Position numbers and translations under genes: made by a program
Shown: in pieces, positions 17,373 to 26,386 of the stretch
Layout of the letters: every line of letters starts with the position of its first letter
Numbering within the stretch: the stretch's first letter is position 1
Assembly: GCA_964012805.1 (NCBI GenBank)
Contig: CAXGUD010000024.1
Coordinates: forward strand, 1 to 53,633
Reading direction: 5' to 3'
DNA length: 53,633 bases
From: an uncultured Bacteriovoracaceae bacterium
Lineage (GTDB): Bacteria; Bdellovibrionota; Bacteriovoracia; Bacteriovoracales; Bacteriovoracaceae
Notes under the pieces: generated by a model
The model's input: only the letters and a program-made list of their open reading frames with translations
Told to the model about the DNA's origin: nothing
The model's database searches: none

Positions 17373-19907
17373 ATGGGTAATTTTTTAAACACTTTTAAAA
17401 TTAAAAAAAAGCTGTTTTTAATTGCAGTTCAAGTCCTTATTATTTTCATTTTTCTTTTTTATTTAAGCTCTCTAAGGGCAGAAGGTCAAACTAACAAAGC
17501 AACTAATAAGGCTGTCAATGGCTTTTTAGATTTGAGTTCAACTAGTGAATATATGAATAGTGATGTGGAAATAAAGGGTGGATGGCTCTTTTTTAATAGT
17601 ATCTTCTTAAATCCTCAGGATATTTCTGATAATCAAATCCCACAAGTTTCTGGTGTTGTTGATTTTCCGGGCATAGTTACAAATTTTCCTTTAAATAACG
17701 GTTCCAATAAAAAGTTTGGTCCCTTTGGTTATGGTTCATTTCTTTTAAAAGTTAGTGGTGTGAAAAAAGGTTTTCCATTTGGATTTGAAGTAAATGATAT
17801 GTCCTCTAACTTTGACCTCACAATCATTCAGGGTAAAAAAATATTCAAAATGGGTGGTTATGGTAAATTGGGGAAAAGCAAACAAGAAAGTGTTTCTCAA
17901 TTTGGCAGGCTTTTCGGAGACTTTATCACCAATGGCGAAGATTTTTATATTCTTATAAGGGCCAGCAACTATCATTATAGAGATTTGGGAATGATTGGCT
18001 ATTTTAAAATTGGTCCAAAAAAATTAATCCAATCAAATTTTATAGAAAATAAATTAAGGAATTTTTTCACCTTAGGAATTTTACTTATTGTCGCTATCAT
18101 TCATCTAGGCATCTTTTTCCAAAGAAGGGATGACAAGGGAAGTCTTTGGTTTAGTTTCTTTTGCTTTATCATGTTATTTAGATTTCTCTCCATAAAATCT
18201 TACCTCGATGTACTATTTCCTTATCCAAGTAATTTTTCTTTTTACTTTAATAGAAAAATTGAGTTTATGACCTTTTACTTCGGTGGTCCAATATTTTTAG
18301 AATTTTTAAGATATCTTTTTAAAGATTATATTCCAAAAAGTTTAATGAAAGTTCTTTGGTGTCTCTCACTATTTTTTGGTCTTATTGTTTTATTTACCCC
18401 CCCACCTTTATTCTATAAGACCCTTCAAACCTATCAAATTATAACAGTCTTCACACTTCTTTACATGATGACTCAAATGATAAGAGCAGCTATAAAAAAT
18501 GTCCCCCACAGTCGTATTTGTCTTTTAGGTCTCACCGTTTTCTTTTTTGGAATTATATGGGATATGCTTCTCTACCAGGGTTTTTTACCATTTATCGAAC
18601 TCGCCTTCTTTACCAGCATTGCATTTGTTTTTATTCAAAGCCATATAATTTCCATAAAGTTTTCTGAAGCCTATAAATTTGCAGAAGAGCTAAATAAAAA
18701 ACTGGAAGAAAAAGTCGCTAGCAGGACAATGGTAATTTCAAACCTTTTCAACTCATTAAAGAGTGCTGTTTTTGCCATTGACAAAGATTTAAAAGTCATA
18801 CCTCCGTGCTCAGAGTACTCAAAAAGTCTTTTCAAAAGAGATATCGCCCACCAGAACTTTTTCGAGTTAATTTTTCCACAGTATGTTAAAAGTGATAGAA
18901 GAGTCAACGATTTAACAAATCATATAAGGTCCGTATTTGGGGATGATGAACTTAATTACTCCTTCCTAGAAGCAAATTTCCCCCAAAGCATCGTACTAAA
19001 TGACCCTGAGAGACCGGAGGGAAAGAGCTTAAAGCTTTCATACAGCCCTTTTTACAATGAAGAAAACTTAGTGGAAAAGATTATGGTTATCATCGAAGAT
19101 GTTACTGAATACGAAACATATTACAAAGAAGCAAAATTGGATCAAGTTAATTACTGGTTTATGAAAGAAATTGTTCAACAAAAGAGCCATAATGATATTT
19201 TTGAAACTCTCGAAGATTCCTTAAAGGAGGGTTTTAAAACCATTGATGATTTTTTATCTCCACAATCAGATGAATACCCAGTAGGTTACTTTTTAGACAA
19301 ATATAAAAAGGGTATTGATCATATTTTATCAAAAGTCGAAGATTTATCGATGCTTTCAAATATGATTCATATAAAAACTGCCGACTTTGATTATGAATCA
19401 ATTAAAGCCGACAGTGACTTCAAAAAAAATGAGGGGAAAATAGTCGGAGGAAGAAGTTACTTTCAAGGGGAAGTTACAAATAAAATGATTGATATTGTAG
19501 ACTACCTTCTTTCATATATTTCTTGTGCAAAAAACTTTGAAGATAAAAAACTCAATATAATAAACAAGAAAGAAGTAGAAGAAAAAATAGAGGATTTAAA
19601 AGGATACTTAAAAAATATTTTTGAAAAAACATTTTTGGTTCAGGATCTAAAAACTATAGATAAAGATCAATTGGCCAGGATTGCGACGCTTGCTAAACTT
19701 TACCCAAACTTTGATCATTTAATGACAATAATTGGCTTTAAAGCAAAAATGATATCACTTTATTACGTTGCCTTAGGTGAAGTTCCTTCTAGCAAAAAGT
19801 ACTCTGATTTTTCGGCCCACTTAAAACAACTTCCCATTAAAAATAAACTTACTGGAATGACAATAAATCAACATTTAATAATTCCTAGTAAATCAATTTT
19901 GAGTTAG
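17373..19907 (+). CDS. 7TM-DISM-type membrane sensor with PAS domain and helical HPt-like C-terminus; no kinase domain
   Basis: AVNGFLDLS...GGWLFF extracellular module, about 7 TM helices, coiled coil LEEKVASRT, PAS (SAVFAID...SYSPFY...IEDVTE), C-terminus homologous to 21401-23461 and 38390-40582. Confidence 0.75.
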   Translation: MGNFLNTFKIKKKLFLIAVQVLIIFIFLFYLSSLRAEGQTNKATNKAVNGFLDLSSTSEYMNSDVEIKGGWLFFNSIFLNPQDISDNQIPQVSGVVDFPGIVTNFPLNNGSNKKFGPFGYGSFLLKVSGVKKGFPFGFEVNDMSSNFDLTIIQGKKIFKMGGYGKLGKSKQESVSQFGRLFGDFITNGEDFYILIRASNYHYRDLGMIGYFKIGPKKLIQSNFIENKLRNFFTLGILLIVAIIHLGIFFQRRDDKGSLWFSFFCFIMLFRFLSIKSYLDVLFPYPSNFSFYFNRKIEFMTFYFGGPIFLEFLRYLFKDYIPKSLMKVLWCLSLFFGLIVLFTPPPLFYKTLQTYQIITVFTLLYMMTQMIRAAIKNVPHSRICLLGLTVFFFGIIWDMLLYQGFLPFIELAFFTSIAFVFIQSHIISIKFSEAYKFAEELNKKLEEKVASRTMVISNLFNSLKSAVFAIDKDLKVIPPCSEYSKSLFKRDIAHQNFFELIFPQYVKSDRRVNDLTNHIRSVFGDDELNYSFLEANFPQSIVLNDPERPEGKSLKLSYSPFYNEENLVEKIMVIIEDVTEYETYYKEAKLDQVNYWFMKEIVQQKSHNDIFETLEDSLKEGFKTIDDFLSPQSDEYPVGYFLDKYKKGIDHILSKVEDLSMLSNMIHIKTADFDYESIKADSDFKKNEGKIVGGRSYFQGEVTNKMIDIVDYLLSYISCAKNFEDKKLNIINKKEVEEKIEDLKGYLKNIFEKTFLVQDLKTIDKDQLARIATLAKLYPNFDHLMTIIGFKAKMISLYYVALGEVPSSKKYSDFSAHLKQLPIKNKLTGMTINQHLIIPSKSILS

Positions 19908-19960
19908 AATCATTAGAAATAAAATCCGAATAATCGATTTAATTGAATCAGGAATAAAAA

Positions 19961-20443
19961 ATGAGACATGGCAATAAAAAACTTCTCTCAATGACTTTTA
20001 TGAAAATGATATCTATTTCACTTCTTTTTATAGGAAGCGTTGCTTTAGCTCTTCCCAAGGCAGTCGTCTATAGAACACCAACCTGTGGGTGCTGTATAAA
20101 GTGGGTTGACCACCTGAAAGAAAATGGTTTTGAAGTTGAGGTGATTAATAAAAGAAACCTTAACCCCATAAAGCAAGTCCTTGGAGTTCCAAGCCACCTA
20201 AAATCTTGCCACACAGCAAAAATAGGGCGTTATACGATCGAAGGACATGTTCCCGCCAAAGATATCTTAAGACTCCTTAAAAAAGGCTTGGATATAAAAG
20301 GACTTGCAGTCGAAGGAATGCCTCTTGGCTCACCTGGGATGGAGTATAAAAATAAATTAGATCCGTATGATGTCGTTTCTTTTAAAAAAGATGGTACTAC
20401 GGGTGTATTTAATAGTTACCACAAAGAAAAGAGCAAAAAATAG
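19961..20443 (+). CDS. DUF411 (CopG-like) exported metal-binding protein
   Basis: Signal peptide, PTCGCC..W..HL, SCHTA, IEGHVP, GMPLGSPGME. Confidence 0.9.
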   Translation: MRHGNKKLLSMTFMKMISISLLFIGSVALALPKAVVYRTPTCGCCIKWVDHLKENGFEVEVINKRNLNPIKQVLGVPSHLKSCHTAKIGRYTIEGHVPAKDILRLLKKGLDIKGLAVEGMPLGSPGMEYKNKLDPYDVVSFKKDGTTGVFNSYHKEKSKK

Positions 20444-20451
20444 AGGAATCA

Positions 20452-21285
20452 TTAATATGATTTCCTACACACTCTATCAGAGGATGGACTAGGTCTTTTT
20501 ACTTCAACTTCATCATCCATACATTCTGTGAGCCTACGACATGTTCCTTTAAATTTGTACTCAAAATCCGGATCGCAAAAAACATTTTCCACAATGGGTT
20601 GACATACTCTATCTCTCATTAAGGTTGGTTTTTTTACCTCTTGTTCTGATGGACCACATAGTGTGTGTGGCTCGCAGTATTCTCCATTTAGCCACTCATC
20701 TTCTCTGCACAAATAATTAGGCCTCAATGGGAGGAGTCTAGATTTATTGGGGTTACAAACAATCATTTTTTCTTCAAATTCAGAAATAAGGCCTCCAACA
20801 TTTGGACTGAAAATAGGTTCTTCACTTACACAATGAATCGTGCTTGCAAAGCTTCCCTTCTCAATAAAAGCAATCCCCTCTCGACAACGGAAAGTATCTG
20901 ATTGTGCAGGATATCCACCAGAATCAAAAAGTCGATTTTCAGAAAATGAAATTTTACTATGACCCATTTTACAAGTATAAGCTTTATTTCCGCTTCCCAT
21001 TTCTTTAATCATGACTGCAGATGGGAGCTCTATACAAATTTGTTCACCGCTAATAGGATCAGTTGAATAGAACTCTCCTTCTTTACAATTTTTTGATAAA
21101 TTTTTACTTTTTCCTTTCTTAATTTGCGAAAAAGCCCCTAACTGTGTGAAGGATTTTAAAAGTGCCAATGAGTTTATAATGGCCTTTTTATCAAAAAGAA
21201 TTATCGCCCTATTTCTAGAAGTTTTCTCTTCAATAGGAGAAAGAATTAAACTTAATAAAATTAAATAAAAAAGCGTCCCTTTCAT
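20452..21285 (-). CDS. Exported Cys-rich protein (14 Cys) with two TNFR-like C-terminal repeats
   Basis: Hydrophobic N-terminus; two C-x10/11-C-x5-C-x17-C units, both ending EVKxP....DRVC. Confidence 0.7.
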   Translation of the reverse strand: MKGTLFYLILLSLILSPIEEKTSRNRAIILFDKKAIINSLALLKSFTQLGAFSQIKKGKSKNLSKNCKEGEFYSTDPISGEQICIELPSAVMIKEMGSGNKAYTCKMGHSKISFSENRLFDSGGYPAQSDTFRCREGIAFIEKGSFASTIHCVSEEPIFSPNVGGLISEFEEKMIVCNPNKSRLLPLRPNYLCREDEWLNGEYCEPHTLCGPSEQEVKKPTLMRDRVCQPIVENVFCDPDFEYKFKGTCRRLTECMDDEVEVKRPSPSSDRVCRKSY

Positions 21286-21400
21286 ATTAACAAGATTTTA
21301 ACTCACTTTTATTTTTTTAAAAAAACTTCTCTAAAAAAACATAAAATAGTTCGAGGAGTAAATAGATTTATTTTATAATTTCTTAGAAAATCTAAATAAA

Positions 21401-23461
21401 TTAAATTATTTTTTTGTAGGGAGAAATTAAATGGTTCATTAAAGCAGCTTCAGTTAATTTGTCTTTGGAAGGCATCTGTTGAAGTAATTGTGAAAGTTCG
21501 TAAAAACTTTTTGATTCCTTACCCCTATGACTTACTTTCAACAAAAATGAAATTAATTTAGAACGATTCATAAGGTGAAAAATAATTTTATCAAACTCTC
21601 GATAAAGCCTGGCTTTTTTGGGTGCATTAGAAATCTTTTCGGGAGTTAAATCTTTCAGATTCCGAACAAGAAAAACATACTCTAAAAGGTTTGTCATAAT
21701 TCTCTCTAAATCACCAATTTTTTCATCTATTATCGTTCTAAAGTTTTGTGGTAGGACGAATTTAATTTCTGGAAATATTCCAAACTCATATAAATACTTG
21801 GTAACATCAGCATACTCAAAAAGTATTTCAATAAGAGACGAAATTTTTTCAACAGCCCAAATTTGAGCCTTACTTCCCTCAATATTATCTGCAAAAATTA
21901 TTTGATTATCCAAATCTTCTAAAAATAAATTTAATGAAATTAGTTCCTTAAAGTTTTTAATTTTTATTCTTCTTATAAGCTCTTGGATAACACCTTTAAT
22001 TTCCATAATTGAAAAATGGGCAGAATCAAAGACAAGAAAATCCTCCAATGTAAAAATAGAGGTTCTAACGGCTTCCCCTAATTGAAATGTAAATTCACTT
22101 TTTTCTTCTAAAGGAAGAATCTCATGTATTACATCGAGCTTTAGCTGGGACTTTTTACTCTTTAGTGTCTCTTCTTCCTCTTCAGTTCTATCCTGAACAA
22201 TAAGCATTAAGTTTTCGACAATATCTTCATTATTATAAAGAGGCACATAATCAATTTTTAATACCTTCCCCTTTGGGTTATCCTTATTTGGCTGGATAAC
22301 TTTTTTAGGTAAATACTCAACAGAAATTTCAAAGTTTAATGAGTCGCTTCCAAAAATTAATGTCCAATAGGATGCAAGAATATCTTTTTCCTTGCTGCCA
22401 TCTTTTAAATGAAAAAATAATAGGTTTAAGGCATTTTTTCCTTCTATGCTTTGCTGGAATATTTCCTCTGAAAAGTTCGATGTAGGAGGTAATATAAGAC
22501 CTTTACTATCTACAACAAAAATGGCCAAATTAATATGAGTGAGCATTCCATGAATTCTTCGAAATGAAAGTTCTAATTCAGATGTTTGTTGCTTAACTTT
22601 TTCTTCTAGTTGTTCGTTAAAAAGTTTGATTTCTTTATTTAGTTCAGAAACCTCAGCTACTTTTTTCTCCAATGATTCTTTTGCCTTTGAAGATTGCGAA
22701 AGGGCCAAATCTCTTTCCTGTTGTTTTAAAGTAATTCTTTTTTTAGAAATAATCAATCCACTAATCATTCCATTAATAGTTCTTTCTAATGACTTTAACT
22801 CAATTTGATTCCGTTCATTTAGCCCTGAATTAATTGGTCTTAAATCTTCAAAATTAATTTGACTAGCTTTATCCTCAAGATTCTTAAGAGGTTTTCTAAG
22901 ATATTTTTGAAAAACAATAACGAAAAGTATAAATAGAATTATAATCTTAATAAAAGCCGTAATAATAATAAGAACAAACCCTATATAAACCCTTTCCAAA
23001 ACCGCACTAGAACTAGAGTAAAGAGTTACGGTTCCTATCTTTTTAGGTACATAAGATTTTTTCTCTTTATCAAACGTAAACCCTTGAGTTAAATAGAATT
23101 TTAAAGAAAGATCATCTTCCTTAAAGTTTTTTTTATTGTTGAAAATCTCACCTTTTTTAAAAATAACTGCTCTTTTATCTCTTACCTTTACACCTTTAAT
23201 ATAACTTAATTTTAATATTCCATCCGCCAGATTTTGTAACTGTATATAATCCATGTTCCATAATGAGTTTTCCATTCCCTTTTTAAATGAAAACTGAATA
23301 TCTCTTAAATCTATTTTAATATCCCTTTTTGAAGCCATGTATGTTTGATACATTTGAAAGCTCGTTATAAATAAGGTAATTAAAAAATAGATGGAAAAAG
23401 TTACTTTCAATAACTTCAAAACGATAGAGTCTTTAAGATTAAAAAATAAACCTTTCAGCAT
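21401..23461 (-). CDS. Membrane sensor: TM - periplasmic CHASE-like - TM - HAMP - coiled coil - PAS - HPt-like helical C-terminus; no kinase domain
   Basis: SLWNMDYIQL..L.DGIL periplasmic motif, KPLKNL...ELKSL HAMP, PAS (LAIFVVD...DYVPLY...VQDRTE), shared C-terminal domain. Confidence 0.75.
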   Translation of the reverse strand: MLKGLFFNLKDSIVLKLLKVTFSIYFLITLFITSFQMYQTYMASKRDIKIDLRDIQFSFKKGMENSLWNMDYIQLQNLADGILKLSYIKGVKVRDKRAVIFKKGEIFNNKKNFKEDDLSLKFYLTQGFTFDKEKKSYVPKKIGTVTLYSSSSAVLERVYIGFVLIIITAFIKIIILFILFVIVFQKYLRKPLKNLEDKASQINFEDLRPINSGLNERNQIELKSLERTINGMISGLIISKKRITLKQQERDLALSQSSKAKESLEKKVAEVSELNKEIKLFNEQLEEKVKQQTSELELSFRRIHGMLTHINLAIFVVDSKGLILPPTSNFSEEIFQQSIEGKNALNLLFFHLKDGSKEKDILASYWTLIFGSDSLNFEISVEYLPKKVIQPNKDNPKGKVLKIDYVPLYNNEDIVENLMLIVQDRTEEEEETLKSKKSQLKLDVIHEILPLEEKSEFTFQLGEAVRTSIFTLEDFLVFDSAHFSIMEIKGVIQELIRRIKIKNFKELISLNLFLEDLDNQIIFADNIEGSKAQIWAVEKISSLIEILFEYADVTKYLYEFGIFPEIKFVLPQNFRTIIDEKIGDLERIMTNLLEYVFLVRNLKDLTPEKISNAPKKARLYREFDKIIFHLMNRSKLISFLLKVSHRGKESKSFYELSQLLQQMPSKDKLTEAALMNHLISPYKKII

Positions 23462-23651
23462 GTATAACTTATCGTCAAATAAGCATCTAAAAGTACTATT
23501 TTGTGATGAAAATAGTTGAATTTAAAAAAAAAATCAAATAAAACAAATTAGCTAGGTTAATATATAAAAACCTAATCACTTCAGAAAAAAATTTTGATTA
23601 ATTATCTCCAAAATAATGGACTTATCCGTTTTAAAAAGTAAAACTAGAATC

Positions 23652-23972
23652 ATGAAAAAAGAGCTTCAAATAAATACTTTAGTCGGATTATTACTTTTGC
23701 TTTCTTCATGTAAAAGTGAGAAATTTGATAAAAAGATATGCACAAATCTTCTTTTTCAAAAATATAAAAATACACTCACGTTAAATAAAATTAAATCATT
23801 TAAGAAGAACTGCAAAAACATACAAATTGACTATAGTATGAAAATTTGCCAAAAGGCATTTGGTCAATTTTTTTTAGGAGTCAAAGAAAATACTTTGAAA
23901 AAAAGGTTTGGTGCCCAAATAATGAATTGTTTCACTAAAAGCCAAATAAAAAAAGTTAAAGGGAAAAATTAA
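23652..23972 (+). CDS. Small Cys-containing lipoprotein, unknown function
   Basis: MKK...LLLLLSSC lipobox plus four further Cys; its stop overlaps the stop of the convergent gene (TTAA 23969-23972). The ORF track starts it at 23616. Confidence 0.65.
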   Translation: MKKELQINTLVGLLLLLSSCKSEKFDKKICTNLLFQKYKNTLTLNKIKSFKKNCKNIQIDYSMKICQKAFGQFFLGVKENTLKKRFGAQIMNCFTKSQIKKVKGKN

Positions 23973-25144
23973 AGGCCCATTCTTCTTGCAGCAAGATCCA
24001 TCATAATTTCTTCAGACCCTCCTCCTATGGCCATAACCCTTACTTCCCTATATATTCTTTCCGTTTTACATTCACGAATATAACTAATTCCACCCATTAT
24101 TTGCATCGCCTCTCTGGCAACTAACTCCAGCATTTTTGTAGCTTGAACTTTTAAAAGGGATATATCGGCAGCTTCAGAGGAACCATTTTGAATATTCCAA
24201 GCACAAATTTCAAGATAAGCAGCGGTTGAATTAATCCTTCTATACATCTCTGCAAATTTGTGTTGAATGACCTGATGCTGGGAAAGGTTCTTACCAAATG
24301 TTTTTCTTAGTTTGGCCCATGAAGCAGCCTCTTCAAAAGCAGCAAGTGCATAACCGACAGCAGCTGCAGCCATACCAATTCTTTCATTATTAAAATTATT
24401 AACAATAATTTTGAAACCTTGATTTTCTTTTCCAATAATTTGATCAGCTGGAACTTTAACATTATCAAAATAGATGGTAGCAGTATCTGAACATAACCAT
24501 CCCTGTTTCGGTCCAACCGATGTTCTTGAGACCCCCTTCGCATCAGCTGGAATTAAAATTAAAGATACTCCTCCAATACCATCGCCACCAGTTCTAACTG
24601 CCGTTGTAAACCAATTGGCCTTAAGACCTCCTGTTATAAAGGTTTTGGAACCATTTATAACAAAATGGTCTCCTTCTCTCTTAGCAGTCGTCTTAATATT
24701 GCTCACATCGGAGCCTCCAGAAGGCTCTGTAATTGCTAGACTTATATGATGAGTTCCCTTAATTACATCAGGAGCAACTCTCTTTTTCATTTCATCAGAA
24801 CCAAAATTAAGAATTGGAGGAAGAGCAATAGAGTGAACAGTAAAGGCTGCACCAAAACCACCGGCACCTGGCCTTGCTAATTCTTCAGCTGTAATAAGAG
24901 TGTGAAAGATATCAATTCCTTCACTTACCCCTCCGTATTCCTCGGGGTAACCCAATTGAAAGAGACCTATTTCTCCAGCTTTTTTATAATATTCAAGAGG
25001 TATATCACCGTCTTTTTCCCATTGATCAATATTGGGAATAATTTCTTTATCTAGAAAAGGTCTTAAAATTTTGTTTTTCCAATCTTTATGGGTTTCATTA
25101 TAAAAAGGAGAATTAAGCCTGATTCCATCAAATGTTAATTCCAT
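23969..25144 (-). CDS. Acyl-CoA dehydrogenase
   Basis: LAITEPSGGSD, NGSKTFIT, NFNNERI, AIGGGSEEIM. Confidence 0.92.
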   Translation of the reverse strand: MELTFDGIRLNSPFYNETHKDWKNKILRPFLDKEIIPNIDQWEKDGDIPLEYYKKAGEIGLFQLGYPEEYGGVSEGIDIFHTLITAEELARPGAGGFGAAFTVHSIALPPILNFGSDEMKKRVAPDVIKGTHHISLAITEPSGGSDVSNIKTTAKREGDHFVINGSKTFITGGLKANWFTTAVRTGGDGIGGVSLILIPADAKGVSRTSVGPKQGWLCSDTATIYFDNVKVPADQIIGKENQGFKIIVNNFNNERIGMAAAAVGYALAAFEEAASWAKLRKTFGKNLSQHQVIQHKFAEMYRRINSTAAYLEICAWNIQNGSSEAADISLLKVQATKMLELVAREAMQIMGGISYIRECKTERIYREVRVMAIGGGSEEIMMDLAARRMGL

Positions 25145-25187
25145 ACCATCTCCTAAAAGCTTAATGAATTAATTTAGTTCTTAATAC

Positions 25188-26339
25188 CTAATCCTTAGGT
25201 AAAGTACCCATAAGCTTAGAAATTATACCAAGCATAACCTCGTCCGCCCCACCACCAATAGAAGCAAGACGACAATCACGGTAAATACGTGAGACGTAAT
25301 TATTCCAGGTAAAACCCATACCTCCCCAATACTGAAGGCAGGCATCTGAGACTTCCCTTATAAGCCTGCCACCTTTTAACTTTGCCATAGAAGCCATCAT
25401 AGTAACGTCGGTACCATTAACATAATCGGTGCAGGCCCTATAAATTAGTGACCTCAAAGACTCAATTTCTGTTTTCAATTCCGCCAAGCGAAAATGAAGA
25501 TTTTGATTGGACAATAGAGGTTTCCCGAAAACCACTCTTTGGGAGGTATATTCGATCGTCTTTTCAATACACATTTCCATTGGAACAAGAAGACTGGCGG
25601 CCGCAAATAATCTTTCCTCTTGAAATTGAAGCATTTGAAGAGTAAACCCTTCTCCTTCCTTTCCAATTCTATAACGACAGGGAACTCGCACATTATCGAA
25701 AAAGACAGGTGCGGTATCCGAACTCCTAAGCCCCAATTTTTCTATACGACCACCGACACTAACACCGGGAGTTTTCGAAGGAATAATAATGAGTGATTTA
25801 TTTTTATGATGATGACCTTCACTTGTATTCACAAGAGTGCAAAAATAATCGGCCTGAGTGGAATTTGTAATCCACATTTTTTGACCGTTTATAACGTAAT
25901 CATCTCCATCCTTTTTAGCATAAGTTTTAAGACCTGCAACATCAGAACCAGCTCCAGGTTCACTGACAGCAATGGAAGAAACATACTCCCCACTTATTGA
26001 CGGTTTTAAAAACTGTTCTTTAAGTTCTTTACTTCCGAAACGCTCTAATGCAGGAGTGGCCATATCTGTTTGAACGCCTATTGCCATAGCAACACCCATA
26101 TCATGACTATGACCTAAAGACTCACTGGTCATAACTCCATATGTATAATCAAGACCAAGTCCTCCATAGTCAGGGCTTTTATTAACTCCTAAAAGACCTA
26201 ATTTTCCACACTCTTTAAATACTTCATGAGCGGGGAATATACCTTTTTTATCCCACTCTTCGCAATAAGGATTGATTTCATTTTCGACAAACTTTTTTAC
26301 TGTTTCTCTTAAATCTTTATGTTCTCTTGTAATAATCAT
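25188..26339 (-). CDS. atuD: Citronellyl-CoA dehydrogenase-like acyl-CoA dehydrogenase
   Basis: MAIGVQTDMATPAL, AVSEPGAGSD, QFQEERL, CLQYWGGMGF, SIGGGADEVM; lies in atu-like context. Confidence 0.8.
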   Translation of the reverse strand: MIITREHKDLRETVKKFVENEINPYCEEWDKKGIFPAHEVFKECGKLGLLGVNKSPDYGGLGLDYTYGVMTSESLGHSHDMGVAMAIGVQTDMATPALERFGSKELKEQFLKPSISGEYVSSIAVSEPGAGSDVAGLKTYAKKDGDDYVINGQKMWITNSTQADYFCTLVNTSEGHHHKNKSLIIIPSKTPGVSVGGRIEKLGLRSSDTAPVFFDNVRVPCRYRIGKEGEGFTLQMLQFQEERLFAAASLLVPMEMCIEKTIEYTSQRVVFGKPLLSNQNLHFRLAELKTEIESLRSLIYRACTDYVNGTDVTMMASMAKLKGGRLIREVSDACLQYWGGMGFTWNNYVSRIYRDCRLASIGGGADEVMLGIISKLMGTLPKD

Positions 26340-26386
26340 CCACTATTCTCCCGGCAACCAATTCTCCAACAAAAATAGATACAAAC

